A DNA stretch of 30,258 nucleotides from the NCBI GenBank assembly GCA_054661495.1, contig BAAFSQ010000107.1, positions 1 to 30,258 of the forward strand. The letters are read 5' to 3'. Origin of the DNA: Zygophlyctis sp. KS116. Lineage: Eukaryota > Fungi > Chytridiomycota. The notes beneath the pieces were generated by a model. The model worked only from the letters and a program-made list of their open reading frames with translations, did no database searches and was not told the DNA's origin. Position numbers and translations under genes: made by a program. Below, one piece after another: positions 19,780 to 30,258 of the stretch (its first letter is position 1; each line of letters opens with the position of its first letter).

Positions 19780-20948
19780 TTAAGCCAACGCTTTCAAGAT
19801 TGCCTTCTTAATTGAATCCACAGCAGGGAAAGCTGCTTCTTCTAGTGATTTAGCATAAGGAGTTGGAACGTCTGCTCCAGTAACACGCTGCAAAGGTGCA
19901 TCCAAATAATCAAACGCTTCGCCTAAAGCATTAATATAATGTGACTTACTTTCCATTATTTGTGCAGCGATTTCAGATCCAACGCCAAACATTGGCCATC
20001 CCCCTTCAACAGTAACAATATGATTGGTCTTCTTTACAGATTTGATGATTGTTTCAATATCTAATGGGCGAATAGAACGCATATTAATAACCTGATTCAT
20101 TATTACCTAAAATAAACTCACCTCCACCTTCAATCCATTTTGAGCCGCCAATTCCTGAGCAGCGTCCAAAGCCATTCCAACGCATTTGGAATGTGCTACA
20201 ACTGTAATATCCTTTCCTAAAAAATAAATATTAAAGGTCTTTACCTTCCAATTCCACTTTAGCTTTTCCTATAGGTAAAACAAAATCACTGCTTAATGCT
20301 TCTTCTGACATGGGAAATGTCTGACCATACAAGAGCTCATTTTCCAAAAAAACAACAGGATTCGGATCTCTAATTGCAGCTTTTAAAAGACCTTTTGCAT
20401 CTTCTGCAGACCATGGTGATACAACTTTCAAGCCTGGACAAGAGCCATACCATGCAGCAAAGCATTGAGAGTGTTGTGCAGCAACTCCTGCTGCAGCACC
20501 ATTAGGACCCCTAAAGACGATTGGAACTGAAATATCTCCACCAGACATATATCTAGTCTTTGCTGCAGAGTTGATAACATGATCTATAGCTTGCATGGAA
20601 AAATTAAATGTCATAAATTCACATATAGGCTTTAATCCAGCCAATGCGGCACCAACTGCGATCCCAGCAAACCCCATTTCTGTAATCGGAGTATCAATAA
20701 CTCTCTTTTCACCAAATTTATCCAAAAGGCCCTTTGATACTTTGTACGCCCCATTATATTTTGCGACTTCTTCTCCAAGAATAAATACCTTTTCATCAGC
20801 CTTCATTTCTTCTTCCATGGCCATGTTTAACGCTTCTCTAACTGTCATCTGATGTTAGATATAAAAGCCATACACTATTAACAGGTCCGGTCGATAGCGA
20901 TCTTGCCTTTAAAAGGAATCTAAACTGTTGCAAACTCTTGGCTTTCAT
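19780..20948 (-). CDS. PDB1: Pyruvate dehydrogenase E1 beta subunit, mitochondrial
   Basis: [59 protein letters not shown]. Basic presequence exon from 20948 and four short introns (e.g. 20217-20244). Confidence 0.97.
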
Positions 20949-20981
20949 TCTCAATTTTAGGGCTGATGGGAGGAGTTATCA

Positions 20982-21926
20982 ATGATTGAAAACGGTTGGA
21001 CGCTGTTTGGACAATTATCTGCTGTTTACCTTTTATATTGTGTAATTTCAAAGATTGTATCTCGCTATTGGAAAGTAAGCAATGTCGGAATGTATATGGA
21101 TGATAATAACGAGTCTTGGGCGATAATTACAGGAGCGTCTGATGGCATTGGAAAGTCGTTTGCGATTCAATTGGCTGAAATGGGATATTCTGTTGTTTTA
21201 ATTTCTAGATCAAGAGAAGCTTTGGAAAAAGTACAAGATTTAATTCAATCCAAATATTCCGTACAAACAATTGTGTATCCTTTTGATTTTGGGAAATATG
21301 ATGCTGCAAACTTTGAATCTCTCAAAGTTGCTATTAAAGCGATTAATCCTTGTATTCTTGTAAATAACGTTGGGATTTGTACAGAAATTCCAACGTCATT
21401 TTTAGAGACTGAATCTGCTTTTATACGTAAAATGGTACAAGTAAATATTGGTGCTGCATTAGAGATGACTGGTATTGTGTTACCAATTTTTGATCATAAA
21501 AACAAAGGTCTTATTGTTAATGTTGGATCAGGACTGGGAGATTATTCAAGTGGACTTTTGGCTACTTATGGGTAAATACTTTTTTCTAATAAAAGTGCCA
21601 CAAAGGCTTTTCTTAAAAATTGGTCAAAGGCTCTTGATATTGAAACTAAATCTGGTATAAAAGTTCACTATTTAAATACTTTATGGGTTGCCACTAAATT
21701 ATCTAGAATCCGACCATCAATTTGGTTTCCTTCTCCTGAAAAATACGTTAAATCTGTTTTATCAATACTTGGATCTGGTTCGACTTGTATAACTCCATAT
21801 TTTTGGCATTTTATTATAGATTGGATGATCAATTTAATTCCAGAATCTTTTACGCAGAGTCAAATGTATGAAATGTCGGAACAACTTCGCTCTCGGGCGA
21901 TTGCAAAGGCCAAGAGACACGAATAA
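20982..21926 (+). CDS. SDR, very-long-chain 3-ketoacyl-CoA reductase/17beta-HSD12-like
   Basis: WAIITGASDGIGK, LVNNVG, catalytic YGATK restored by intron 21572-21595, VATKLS, TPYFWH. Stop at 21924-21926. Confidence 0.88.
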
Positions 21927-21997
21927 AGTTTATTGAGTATTTCTACAGTGTTTAAAGATGGTCTTGGGTCTATTGAGCCCTAAAGATTTTGATTGAA

Positions 21998-22614
21998 ATG
22001 CATTCTACTCAGAATAGAATAAGCACAATATCTTCAAACTTTATTTCAGTCTTGTTGACTGTAATGGCGGCAATAGCGCTATCAGGAATGGTATATTTGC
22101 ATCTTGCTCCTAGAACTGTTCCGTCATTGTCTGTCGGAAAGGCAGAAACGTAATTATTGTTTAAATTAATTTGAAAGAAAGATTGGACGGTTGGGATATT
22201 ATTATGATTATGGATCAAACACTGAACTTGCAACACTTGTATTTGATTTGGACGCAGGTACTTCCATTTAAAACTGATTCAAGATTTATCATCCTTATTC
22301 AACTGGAATACTAAACTTCTATTTGTGTATCTTACGGCTTCATATTCAAAGCCAGACTTTGTTGTAAATGATGCGGTTGTATGGGATGATATTATTCATA
22401 CTCGGGAAGATGCACTAATTTCGCTCAAGAAGAAGAAATCAAAATATTTTTTTACTGACATTGAAGATAAACTAACGTAAGTATCTTAAGATTAATATAA
22501 AGAGGTTTAGATGGAAATTTAACTCTTCGATGGAATATAGTTCCTTGGGTTGGGATCTTTGAATTTGAAGAGGGGTCATCATCTGCCCCATTCCAATTTA
22601 GTAAAACTAAATAA
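21998..22614 (+). CDS. SPC3: Signal peptidase complex subunit 3 (SPC22/23), not in the ORF track
   Basis: Four exons (introns 22150-22177, 22258-22283, 22477-22502) give MHSTQNR...TM...FDLDADLSSLFNWNTKLLFVYLTASY...VVWDDII...KYFFTD...LRWNIVPWVG. Confidence 0.92.
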
Positions 22615-22842
22615 ATAAGATTAAAATGATCATTCTTTTAATTGACATATAGTTATTATAGTTTTTAATGATTAGTCTCGTAGATCTCGTAGATTTAATG
22701 AGTAATTCGATTCCGGCATCGCCTATTTTTGGATGGCTGGTCAATGATGTCATAAGTAGAATCGGAACTTTAAGTTGTTTAAAAATCTTCCATTCTTAAC
22801 CGTCTACAAATGTATTTTACAAGGTATTAATGATTAGAAATT

Positions 22843-25800
22843 ATGGGAGGAGATTCAGTCGAACGATCGGATGCGTCCGACACGGTAATTAGACGAACAA
22901 AAAAGCAGGAAGCCGTCCAGAGTCCAGGATTATTAATCGCCAAAACAAAGATGACTAGTGTGACTCTGGGTCAGTATGGTGTAACTCCTGAAGATCTATC
23001 AAAGATTTGTGATTTTGATAACAGAACCTCACCAGCGCTTCTAGATGTACTAAGTTCGGAGTATGGTGGCTTGGAAGGCTTGGCGTATCTCCTTCAGACA
23101 GATTTGGAGACTGGTTTGAAACTTTCAAAGGAAAATGGTATTCAGACTGGGACTGCAAAACCAAAGAAAGGCAAGGACGCCAAAGTCACGCCATTCTCTA
23201 TACAGAAAAGGGATATGACTGCCTTTGATATGAAAGAAAGACAAGATACGTTTGGCCAAAACATTATTCCACCCCCAGAATCTGATACTATCTTGGAAAT
23301 TATTTGGGGTACAATTGTCGATGACCCAATTTTGAAGATTTTGATTACCGGTGCGGTTGTCATTTTGATTCTTGGGTCCATAACAGATCCATCAAAAGGC
23401 TGGACTGAAGGGGTTGCAATTATGGTTGCAGTAGTTATCGTACTGGCTGTAACTGCTGGAAATGATTGGTCAAAAGATCGGAAATTTAAAAAACTTCTCT
23501 TATTGCAGACTGACAAAAAAGTTAAAATCCTTAGAGGTGGATATCAAGATCAAATATCTTCATGGGATATCATGGTTGGGGATATTGTCGAAATCAATGT
23601 CGGTGATGAAGTTCCAGCTGATGGAATCTTTGTGAAAGGAAACAGACTTATTATTGACGAGTCACCTCTAACTGGTGAGTCGGTACCAGTTAAGAAAACT
23701 CCTTCTTCTCCATATATGTTTTCTGGATGTCAAGCTAGTGAAGGATCTGGACTAATGCTCGTTACTGCTGTTGGTCCTAGATCTAGCGGTGGAAAAATTC
23801 AAGAGCTTTTGAATGAAGCGCAAAATGAAGAGACAGTACTCCAAGAAAAACTCAAAATCGTTGCGGTATTAATTGGAAAAATTGGTTTCGCTGCTGGAAT
23901 ATGCACTTTTCTGGCGCTAACAATCCGTGTTGCTATGACATGCAGTAATGCTCTAAATTGTGGGGATAATTCTGTTATTAAGCATTTTGTGGAAAACTTC
24001 GTCATAGGAATAACAGTCGTAGTGGTAGCTGTGCCTGAAGGTTTACCTTTGGCTGTCACTATTTCATTAGCGTTTTCAATGTTTAAAATGATTCAGGATA
24101 AGTGCTTTGTACGTCATCTGGACGCATCTGAAACGATGGGTGAAGCAACGTGTATTTGTACCGATAAAACAGGAACTCTTACTGAAAATCGAATGACAGT
24201 CGTTAAAGTCTTGCTTGGAGAGAAGGTTTATTATGGTGAAGGTTCTGGTGAATCTACAGCAAAGCCTTTCACACTCAACACATTTGATGCAAAGGCTCGA
24301 GATATTTTGACTGAAGGAATTTGTGTTAATTCTACATGTTTTCTAAAAGCTAATGATGCTGGTAAATACTATAGACTTTAATCAGCAGGTAAAGCGCCTA
24401 TTTTTGTGGGATCAGCTTCAGAAGGTGCCCTTCTGGTATTTTGTGAAAAATTGAATACTCGCTACGACACCGTCCGTGAAAAAGTTAAGATTGTTGAAAA
24501 TGGGGTCTGGCTATTTTCTTCAGAAAGAAAAAGAATGTCAACCCTCGCTATTCCTATTGCCAAATCTCCTACTCCAAACGGTGATCTACCCAGATTTCGT
24601 TTGTATACTAAAGGTGGCTCTGAAATCGTTCTGGAGCTTTGTAAATATATGCTTAGCTCCAATGGCCAATCTGTAACTCCTCTTACACCCAATGATCTCG
24701 CTTTTATTCAGCGAAACATAAAGCGATGGGCTTCTCAAGGCCTTCGAACCATGATTTTAGCATATCGTGACACTAATCAGCAACTTATGACTATTGAGGA
24801 TAATAGTAAAGATGATCCAGAACATGACTTAACATTCGTTGGTCTTGTAGGAATTAAAGATCCTCTTCGTAAGGAGGTTCCAGGAGCTGTTGCAATTTGT
24901 CAGAAGGCGGGTATCATTGTACGTATGGTTACAGGTGATAATATTCTTACTGCTTCTAAAATCGCTCGAGAATGTGGAATCATGTACGGGAGTGGAATTG
25001 CATTGGAGGGCCCCATTTTTAGAAATATGTCAAGAGAAGAAAAAGAGGCCATAGTTCCAAAACTTCAAGTCCTAGCCAGATCCTCTCCGACGGACAAGCA
25101 TGTTCTAGTCTCACTGCTTAAAGAAATGGGAGAAGTTGTGGCTGTAACGGGTGATGGTACAAACGATGCACCTGCTCTAAAGGAAGCCGATGTTGGATTC
25201 GCAATGGGAATATCTGGGACGCAAATAGCAATGAATGCATCTGATATTGTTCTCCTAGATGATAACTTTGTTTCTATCGTTCAATCCATTAAATGGGGGC
25301 GCAACGTCCTTAATTCGGTCCGGAAATTTCTTCAATTTCAGTTAAGTGTCAATCTAGTAGCTATATGTGTAACTTTCGCTGGCTCTGCAGCTGAAGGAGA
25401 ATCCCCTCTAAATACTATTCAGCTTCTGTGGGTTAATCTTATCATGGATTCTCTTGGTGCATTAGGTTTAGCAACTGATGAACCCTCGTCTGATATTTTG
25501 CAACATCCTCCTCATTCTAGGCGGGCAAATCTTCTTTCGACTCCGATGTGGGAACACATTGTGACTCAAATGATATATCAAATCTCTGCACTTTTTGCAA
25601 TTTATTTTGGTATCGAGAAGTTTATGCCTAAAGATTACCATGGTCTTCAAGGCACAGAACTTTATCACGCCAAACTCATGAGGATAAATACACTACTATT
25701 TGGTACTTTTGTTTTCCTGCAAGTCTTCAATCTAGTCTCATCAAGACAACTGAATGGTGAATTGACTATTTTCAAGGATATACTCAGAAACAAAATCTTC

Positions 25801-26445
25801 TTGATCGTATGGATAATTATTGTCGTTGTTCAAACATTAGTGCTACTCTTTGGTACGGGATTTATGAGCACTACTACTATTTATCCAAACGAATGGTTGG
25901 TTATCATTCTAGTATCAGCTGGCAGTATTCCTTTCAGTTTTGTCCAGCGAGCAATATTCAAAATTTATCATAATTATTATCCACTCAGCTCTTCTACTCA
26001 TCGAGTGGATCCTCTTTTAGAAGAACCATCTGATACAAAAAAAGAGGACTCTGTGGTGGTCATGACCAAAGTTAAGAAAACTCATGCTACAAATAACACT
26101 GAAGAAACAGAGAAATTAATACACAAAAGTAACGAAAAAATCAGCAAAGTCGTCCCTAAAGCCAAGTCTAATGATGAAGAGGAAGCAGCACGGCAAGTTA
26201 TTGAGGAAAATGAAGCTCGAATCTCTGAGATATTATCAAATGTCAAAAAATCAGCGCCAGATGATGAATCATATAGTATGGAGCCCGAAGAGGATACTAA
26301 TCCAAATCGTATTGGTAGCACTTCGCGCTCAGCCTCGCTAGTGGAGCTTATTCATCCTTTCAGAAAAGATTCTCGTACTATACCACTTAAATCAGGTGCA
26401 AGTAAATCTACTCTCAGTTTAAGAGGATCAAAAGATGCGTTGTAA
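22843..26445 (+). CDS. PMC1: P2B Ca2+-ATPase (PMCA/Pmc1-type)
   Basis: DESPLTGES, VVAVPEGLPLAVTISLA, ICTDKTGTLTEN, FSSERKRMS, VRMVTGDN, TGDGTNDAPAL, RKFLQFQL, QLLWVNLIMDS. Intron 24362-24388. Confidence 0.95.
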
Positions 26446-26473
26446 TCTTAAGTATAAAAATAAATCGAATCAT

Positions 26474-27466
26474 TTAACATTTGATATTACCCATAATTTG
26501 CTCAAATACAGCCATAATAGTGTATTTTCTATTTTCAGCCTCTGTCCAAACAAGCGATCTCTTAGAATCATAAAAGACCTAATATTATAAATCATCTAAT
26601 ATACTTCATCATCAACTTCCTCCTTTTTTCTAGGTAAACAATGCATAAACTTCCATGTATCTTTCGCCCCGCCATTTTTTATTAAACTATTCGTAACCTT
26701 TAATTATCTAAAATACAATTTACCTGCCAACCATCAAAATCTCTTAATCTCTGTTCTTTACTTTGATCCATTCCCATAGATACCCAAGTATCTGTCACGA
26801 TAACATCTGCCTCTTTGAGAGCATCTTGAGGTCTAGTAAACCATTTCACAGAATTATGATTGAAAGAATTTGCATATTCTTTAATATCCTTTGGCGGATC
26901 ATAACTTGAAGTTTAGCATATTGTTAATACCCTTTAGGAGTAGCAACACTCATTTTCAGACCCAATCTTGGACCTGTTACAAGCCATGAATTTAGCACGT
27001 TATTTGAATCTCCAATCCAAGCAACCGAAATACCATCCAAAGTATTAAACGTTTCCTGTATTGTGACTAAATCCGCCAACATTTGCAATGGATGATATAG
27101 ATCAGATAATGCATTAATCACTGGAACTTTTGAGTATTTTGCAATTTCTTCTATTTCCAAATGTTTGCCACATCGGACCAAAATTGCATTTGCCATTGAA
27201 GATATGACCATTGATGTATCTCTTAAAGGCTCCGTTCCCCATTGACCATCATTTTTACCTAAAAATAAACATGATCCACCATAAGAATTCCATGCAGTTT
27301 CAGCAGATACTCTGGTTCGAGTGGATGGTTTGGAGAAAAGCATCGCAAGAGTTTTTCCACGTAGAGACTGAGATGAATGCCCGTTTTTCTTCAGATCTAT
27401 TGATCTTTGTAATAGACTTAATATTTCTGACTTGGAAAAGTCCCTTAGAGTTAGCAAATGCCTCAT
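26474..27466 (-). CDS. ARG3: Ornithine carbamoyltransferase
   Basis: [23 protein letters not shown], and after three short introns [15 protein letters not shown] and EAENRK. Stop at 26474-26476. Confidence 0.95.
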
Positions 27467-27509
27467 AATAAGACGAGTTTAAATGAGCGAAAACCCTTCC
27501 ATTTTCCCG

Positions 27510-28087
27510 ATGAACTCAACAATTGTCACACTTGGAGGTGATGCATGTCCATACTTTGCTACATGGTTTGGCCTTGCTGGAGCCTCAGCTTCAATGATAT
27601 TCTCAGCCATGTAAAATCCGAAGACTTAATACTAGAGGTGCTGCCTATGGAACTGCAAAAGCAGGAATCGGAATAGCAGGCGTTGGGCAATTTAGACCTG
27701 AATTGTAAGTTTCTATAGCTAAATCTAGAATGATGAGATCTTTGATTCCGGTCGTCATGGCTGGTAGAATTTTATAGCTAATTTATAGGTATTGTTGCCG
27801 TCTATGGATTAGTCGTGTCAGTGTTAATCGCAAATGATATGAATTATGCCTCTTATTCTGCATATACAGGTTTTGTGCATTTGGCTTCAGGGCTTTCTAC
27901 TGGATTTTCTGGTATGGCTGCTGGTTATGCAATTGGAATAGTAGGTGATTCATGTGTTAGAGGTTATCTTTATCAACCAAAACTTTTTGTCGGAATGGTA
28001 TTAATGCTGATTTTTGCAGAAGTTTTGGGTCTATATGGTCTCATTGTTTCACTCATTCTAAACACAAAATCTGCAGCAAGTTGTTAA
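27510..28087 (+). CDS. VMA11: V-ATPase V0 proteolipid subunit c' (Vma11-like)
   Basis: [41 protein letters not shown]. Introns 27611-27635, 27705-27728, 27764-27788. Confidence 0.85.
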
Positions 28088-29450
28088 TGAAATACAAATA
28101 TCTTTGCCAAAGTAATTAGTCTAGATGCATTGTTTCCCGCAATTTTGCGAGAAACATTTATGGAATTTGCTACCTTGTCTACTGCTGTATCCCATGATGA
28201 ATCTACCTTTTCCAGGATTTTCCCTGCACTTTCCAATGTAGGAGATATTATTGATACAATCTCAGGATTTGGGGCAGTAGATAATTTAGAGAGATGTGAT
28301 TTTTCATTTCCCTGAGATACACTTGTCCCATTGATTGTGAAACTTTGATAACTAGGAGAAATTTCTAGATCGACTTGTTTAAGAGCCTTAGAGGTTACAA
28401 CAACCAGATATTCGGTCGCTGATGAAATCCATTTAGAATAGCTGGGATTATTTTTTACTACTTTACAAGAATCATGACCAGATATATGAATTTTAGCTCC
28501 CTTGAATCTTTTTGATGGTAAAGCTATTAAAAAAGAATTTGAATTTGATTCTTGATTTTTGATTACCAAACTATATGATTGATTAGAATCAAATTCTTCC
28601 TTGATTATTTGAAATTCTTGATTTTCGTCAGCAGTCTTTTGAATAACAAATGGTAATGGTCCTTTTTCATCTAGATATTTTATAACTGCTGCTACACATA
28701 GAGGACTTTGAGTTTGGACAGACTTTAGTAGAGCTAACTTTTATATAATTTTGTTTCTTACCATGCGGAATAGATCCTCCTACATCTACTTGAACTATAT
28801 AAGAAATTTGTAAGTTGTTAGAATCTTTGCTTATATCCCAGCCTCCTAAATATAAATGTCCTCTAACTTTTGCTTGATCATACTCAATACTTGGATGTAC
28901 TATAGAAGTCGATACTAGGCGTGCATGATTATCTTGCAAATCAACCTTTCCTATAGTTGAAAACTCTCTCGCAGCAAAAGGAAAAGTCCCTTTCTGAGTA
29001 GAATGAGTCAGAAATGAATTTCCATTAGTTTCCAAGATTGTTCCTTGAGCGTATCTTCCATCCCATTCTTTTCTTGCAAATGGGCTTTTAATAACACTTA
29101 TAAGTTCTTGAAGTGAGTATTCCTTTTTAAATCTCCCATCACCTCTAAAAGTATTAATCTTGTCCGATCCTGGCTTTATAAATACTTTTACTCCTGATCT
29201 TTCCATTTCAAAATCCCATTTTTCCAAAAGCAATTGAGTCATCAAGTTTGAAGCCAATGAGATCTCTTTTGCATAATCCTCCTTTGTAGGCACTCGAGTA
29301 TCCTTGATCTTTGGCTTTGACTTGTAAAGACGTATTGTCTGGTAATTTAGTCAATTTAATCCTTACGGCAATATAATGCAATATTCTATCCGATCCTTTA
29401 AAGAGTAGAACAATTAGAACTATCAATGCTAGCTTTAATCTACTCTCCAT
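28084..29450 (-). CDS. START-domain lipid-binding protein with N-terminal hydrophobic anchor
   Basis: W...[42 protein letters not shown]. Two short introns connect the three ORFs. Confidence 0.8.
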
Positions 29451-29504
29451 TTTTCAAATAAACAGAATACAATGGCTCTGACGCAGTGTTCATTGTCTAG
29501 CTCT

Positions 29505-29524
29505 ACGCGAACTTGTGACGTCAC
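29505..29524. promoter_or_regulatory. ACGCGA plus perfect CRE palindrome GTGACGTCAC
   Basis: Located between the divergent START (29450) and formin-like (29576) start codons. Confidence 0.5.
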
Positions 29525-29575
29525 CGATCCATCTCAGAGCGTCTGATCCACTTTTAACATTTATAAACATTTAAG

Positions 29576-30137
29576 ATGATTAGAGATGATTATCATTCAC
29601 CGATCAAATTGACAAGAAAAGACAGGTAAGATATGGACGTGTAAAACATAGCATCTCATCGACAACAAGCTTTGCCACCATTAATACATCTGTCCAGACT
29701 CTAGCCGGCTTGAATGGAAAGGATTCAGAGCTAAAACATGTGCTGACACGTTTGAGGAATGTCGTACAATCGGGAAAGTTTCTGCAATTGGAAGGCGGTG
29801 AAGTGGAAAATATATTTAATCTTATCCTACAAGATGAATATCACCATTTGGACGAGGCTCATTTGGCTAAATTAAAGGAACTACCATCATCAAAAAAGCT
29901 AGAAATGATTCATCATATGATTTCATTTGACTCTAGTACGGCAGACCGAGCAAGACAAGGATCTGAAAAATCTCCAAGTTATTATGTCAATTTCCTAAAA
30001 GATTGGGCGCAAGCAAAGAGTAGGAATCATTCAGTCTTGGAATTTGTATCAAAAAAAGTAAAGGAAGCAATGAATCCTACAGCGCAACTTGATTTACTCG
30101 TGGATTTAAGAGTACAATGCTCTTGCGGGACTGTAAA
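29576..30137 (+). CDS. 5' part of a formin/Diaphanous GTPase-binding-domain-like protein (continues beyond the donor at 30138)
   Basis: ATG 29576, intron 29626-29651, LKELPSSKKLEMI, SPSYYVNFL, LLVDLRV; then a GTAAGT donor at 30138. Confidence 0.55.
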
Positions 30138-30216
30138 GTAAGTATTTGGTCAGAACAAGTTTAAGCAAAGCTGAATTGGCTAAAAAGCTCGATAATTTTG
30201 CCAAAAGATATTTCAA

Positions 30217-30258
30217 TGCATCGACGGGGAATCGAACCCCGGCCACTTGCTTGGAAGG
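30217..30258 (-). tRNA. tRNA-Gly(TCC), 3' part (truncated by the window edge)
   Basis: Minus strand reads CCTTCCAAGCAAGTGGCCGGGGTTCGATTCCCCGTCGATGCA: anticodon loop with TCC, T-arm CGGGG-TTCGATT-CCCCG (B box), acceptor 3' strand, with T-runs downstream. Confidence 0.92.

Noticed and set aside
22009-22236. 75-aa minus-strand ORF
   Set aside because: It is the antisense shadow of the spliced SPC3 gene.
22676-22695. Short tandem repeat tctcgtaga x2
   Set aside because: Too short to assign a function; plausible slippage product.
6987-26445. Two P-type ATPases plus a V-ATPase subunit nearby as an ion-transport cluster
   Set aside because: They belong to different subfamilies and are separated by many unrelated housekeeping genes.

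Overview
Gene-dense, AT-rich eukaryotic DNA, most likely from an early-diverging zoosporic (chytrid-like) fungus. This is inferred from a CRIB-containing WASP, a P2C Na/K-like ATPase, a Vma11-type proteolipid and very short (24-35 nt) GT-AG introns. The window holds 18 host protein genes: WASP, XPB/SSL2, SIM+RING ligase, arrestin-like, GDA1-like NTPDase, P2C ATPase, SH3-RasGEF, alpha/beta hydrolase, ASA1-like WD40, claudin-like tetraspan, PDH E1-beta, KAR-type SDR, SPC3 (absent from the ORF track), PMC1-type Ca-ATPase, ornithine carbamoyltransferase, Vma11, START-domain and formin-GBD-like. It also holds a partial tRNA-Gly(TCC). Several divergent ATG pairs are only 25-43 bp apart, and two convergent pairs overlap. 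The standout is a young 5.3 kb non-LTR retrotransposon (13788-19090, minus strand) with one uninterrupted APE-RT-RNaseH-CCHC ORF, a poly(A) tail and a perfect 17-bp TSD. It is inserted immediately before a host ATG. Its basic C-terminal tail carries about five KIKL/KIRL-type motifs resembling the ET-domain-binding peptides that MLV integrase uses to reach promoters. This suggests (hypothesis) a chromatin-reader-tethered, promoter-targeting LINE. Its 5' end is atypical: no ORF1, incomplete endonuclease motifs and a nested inverted-repeat structure. All calls come from reading motifs and splice sites by eye; no searches were run.
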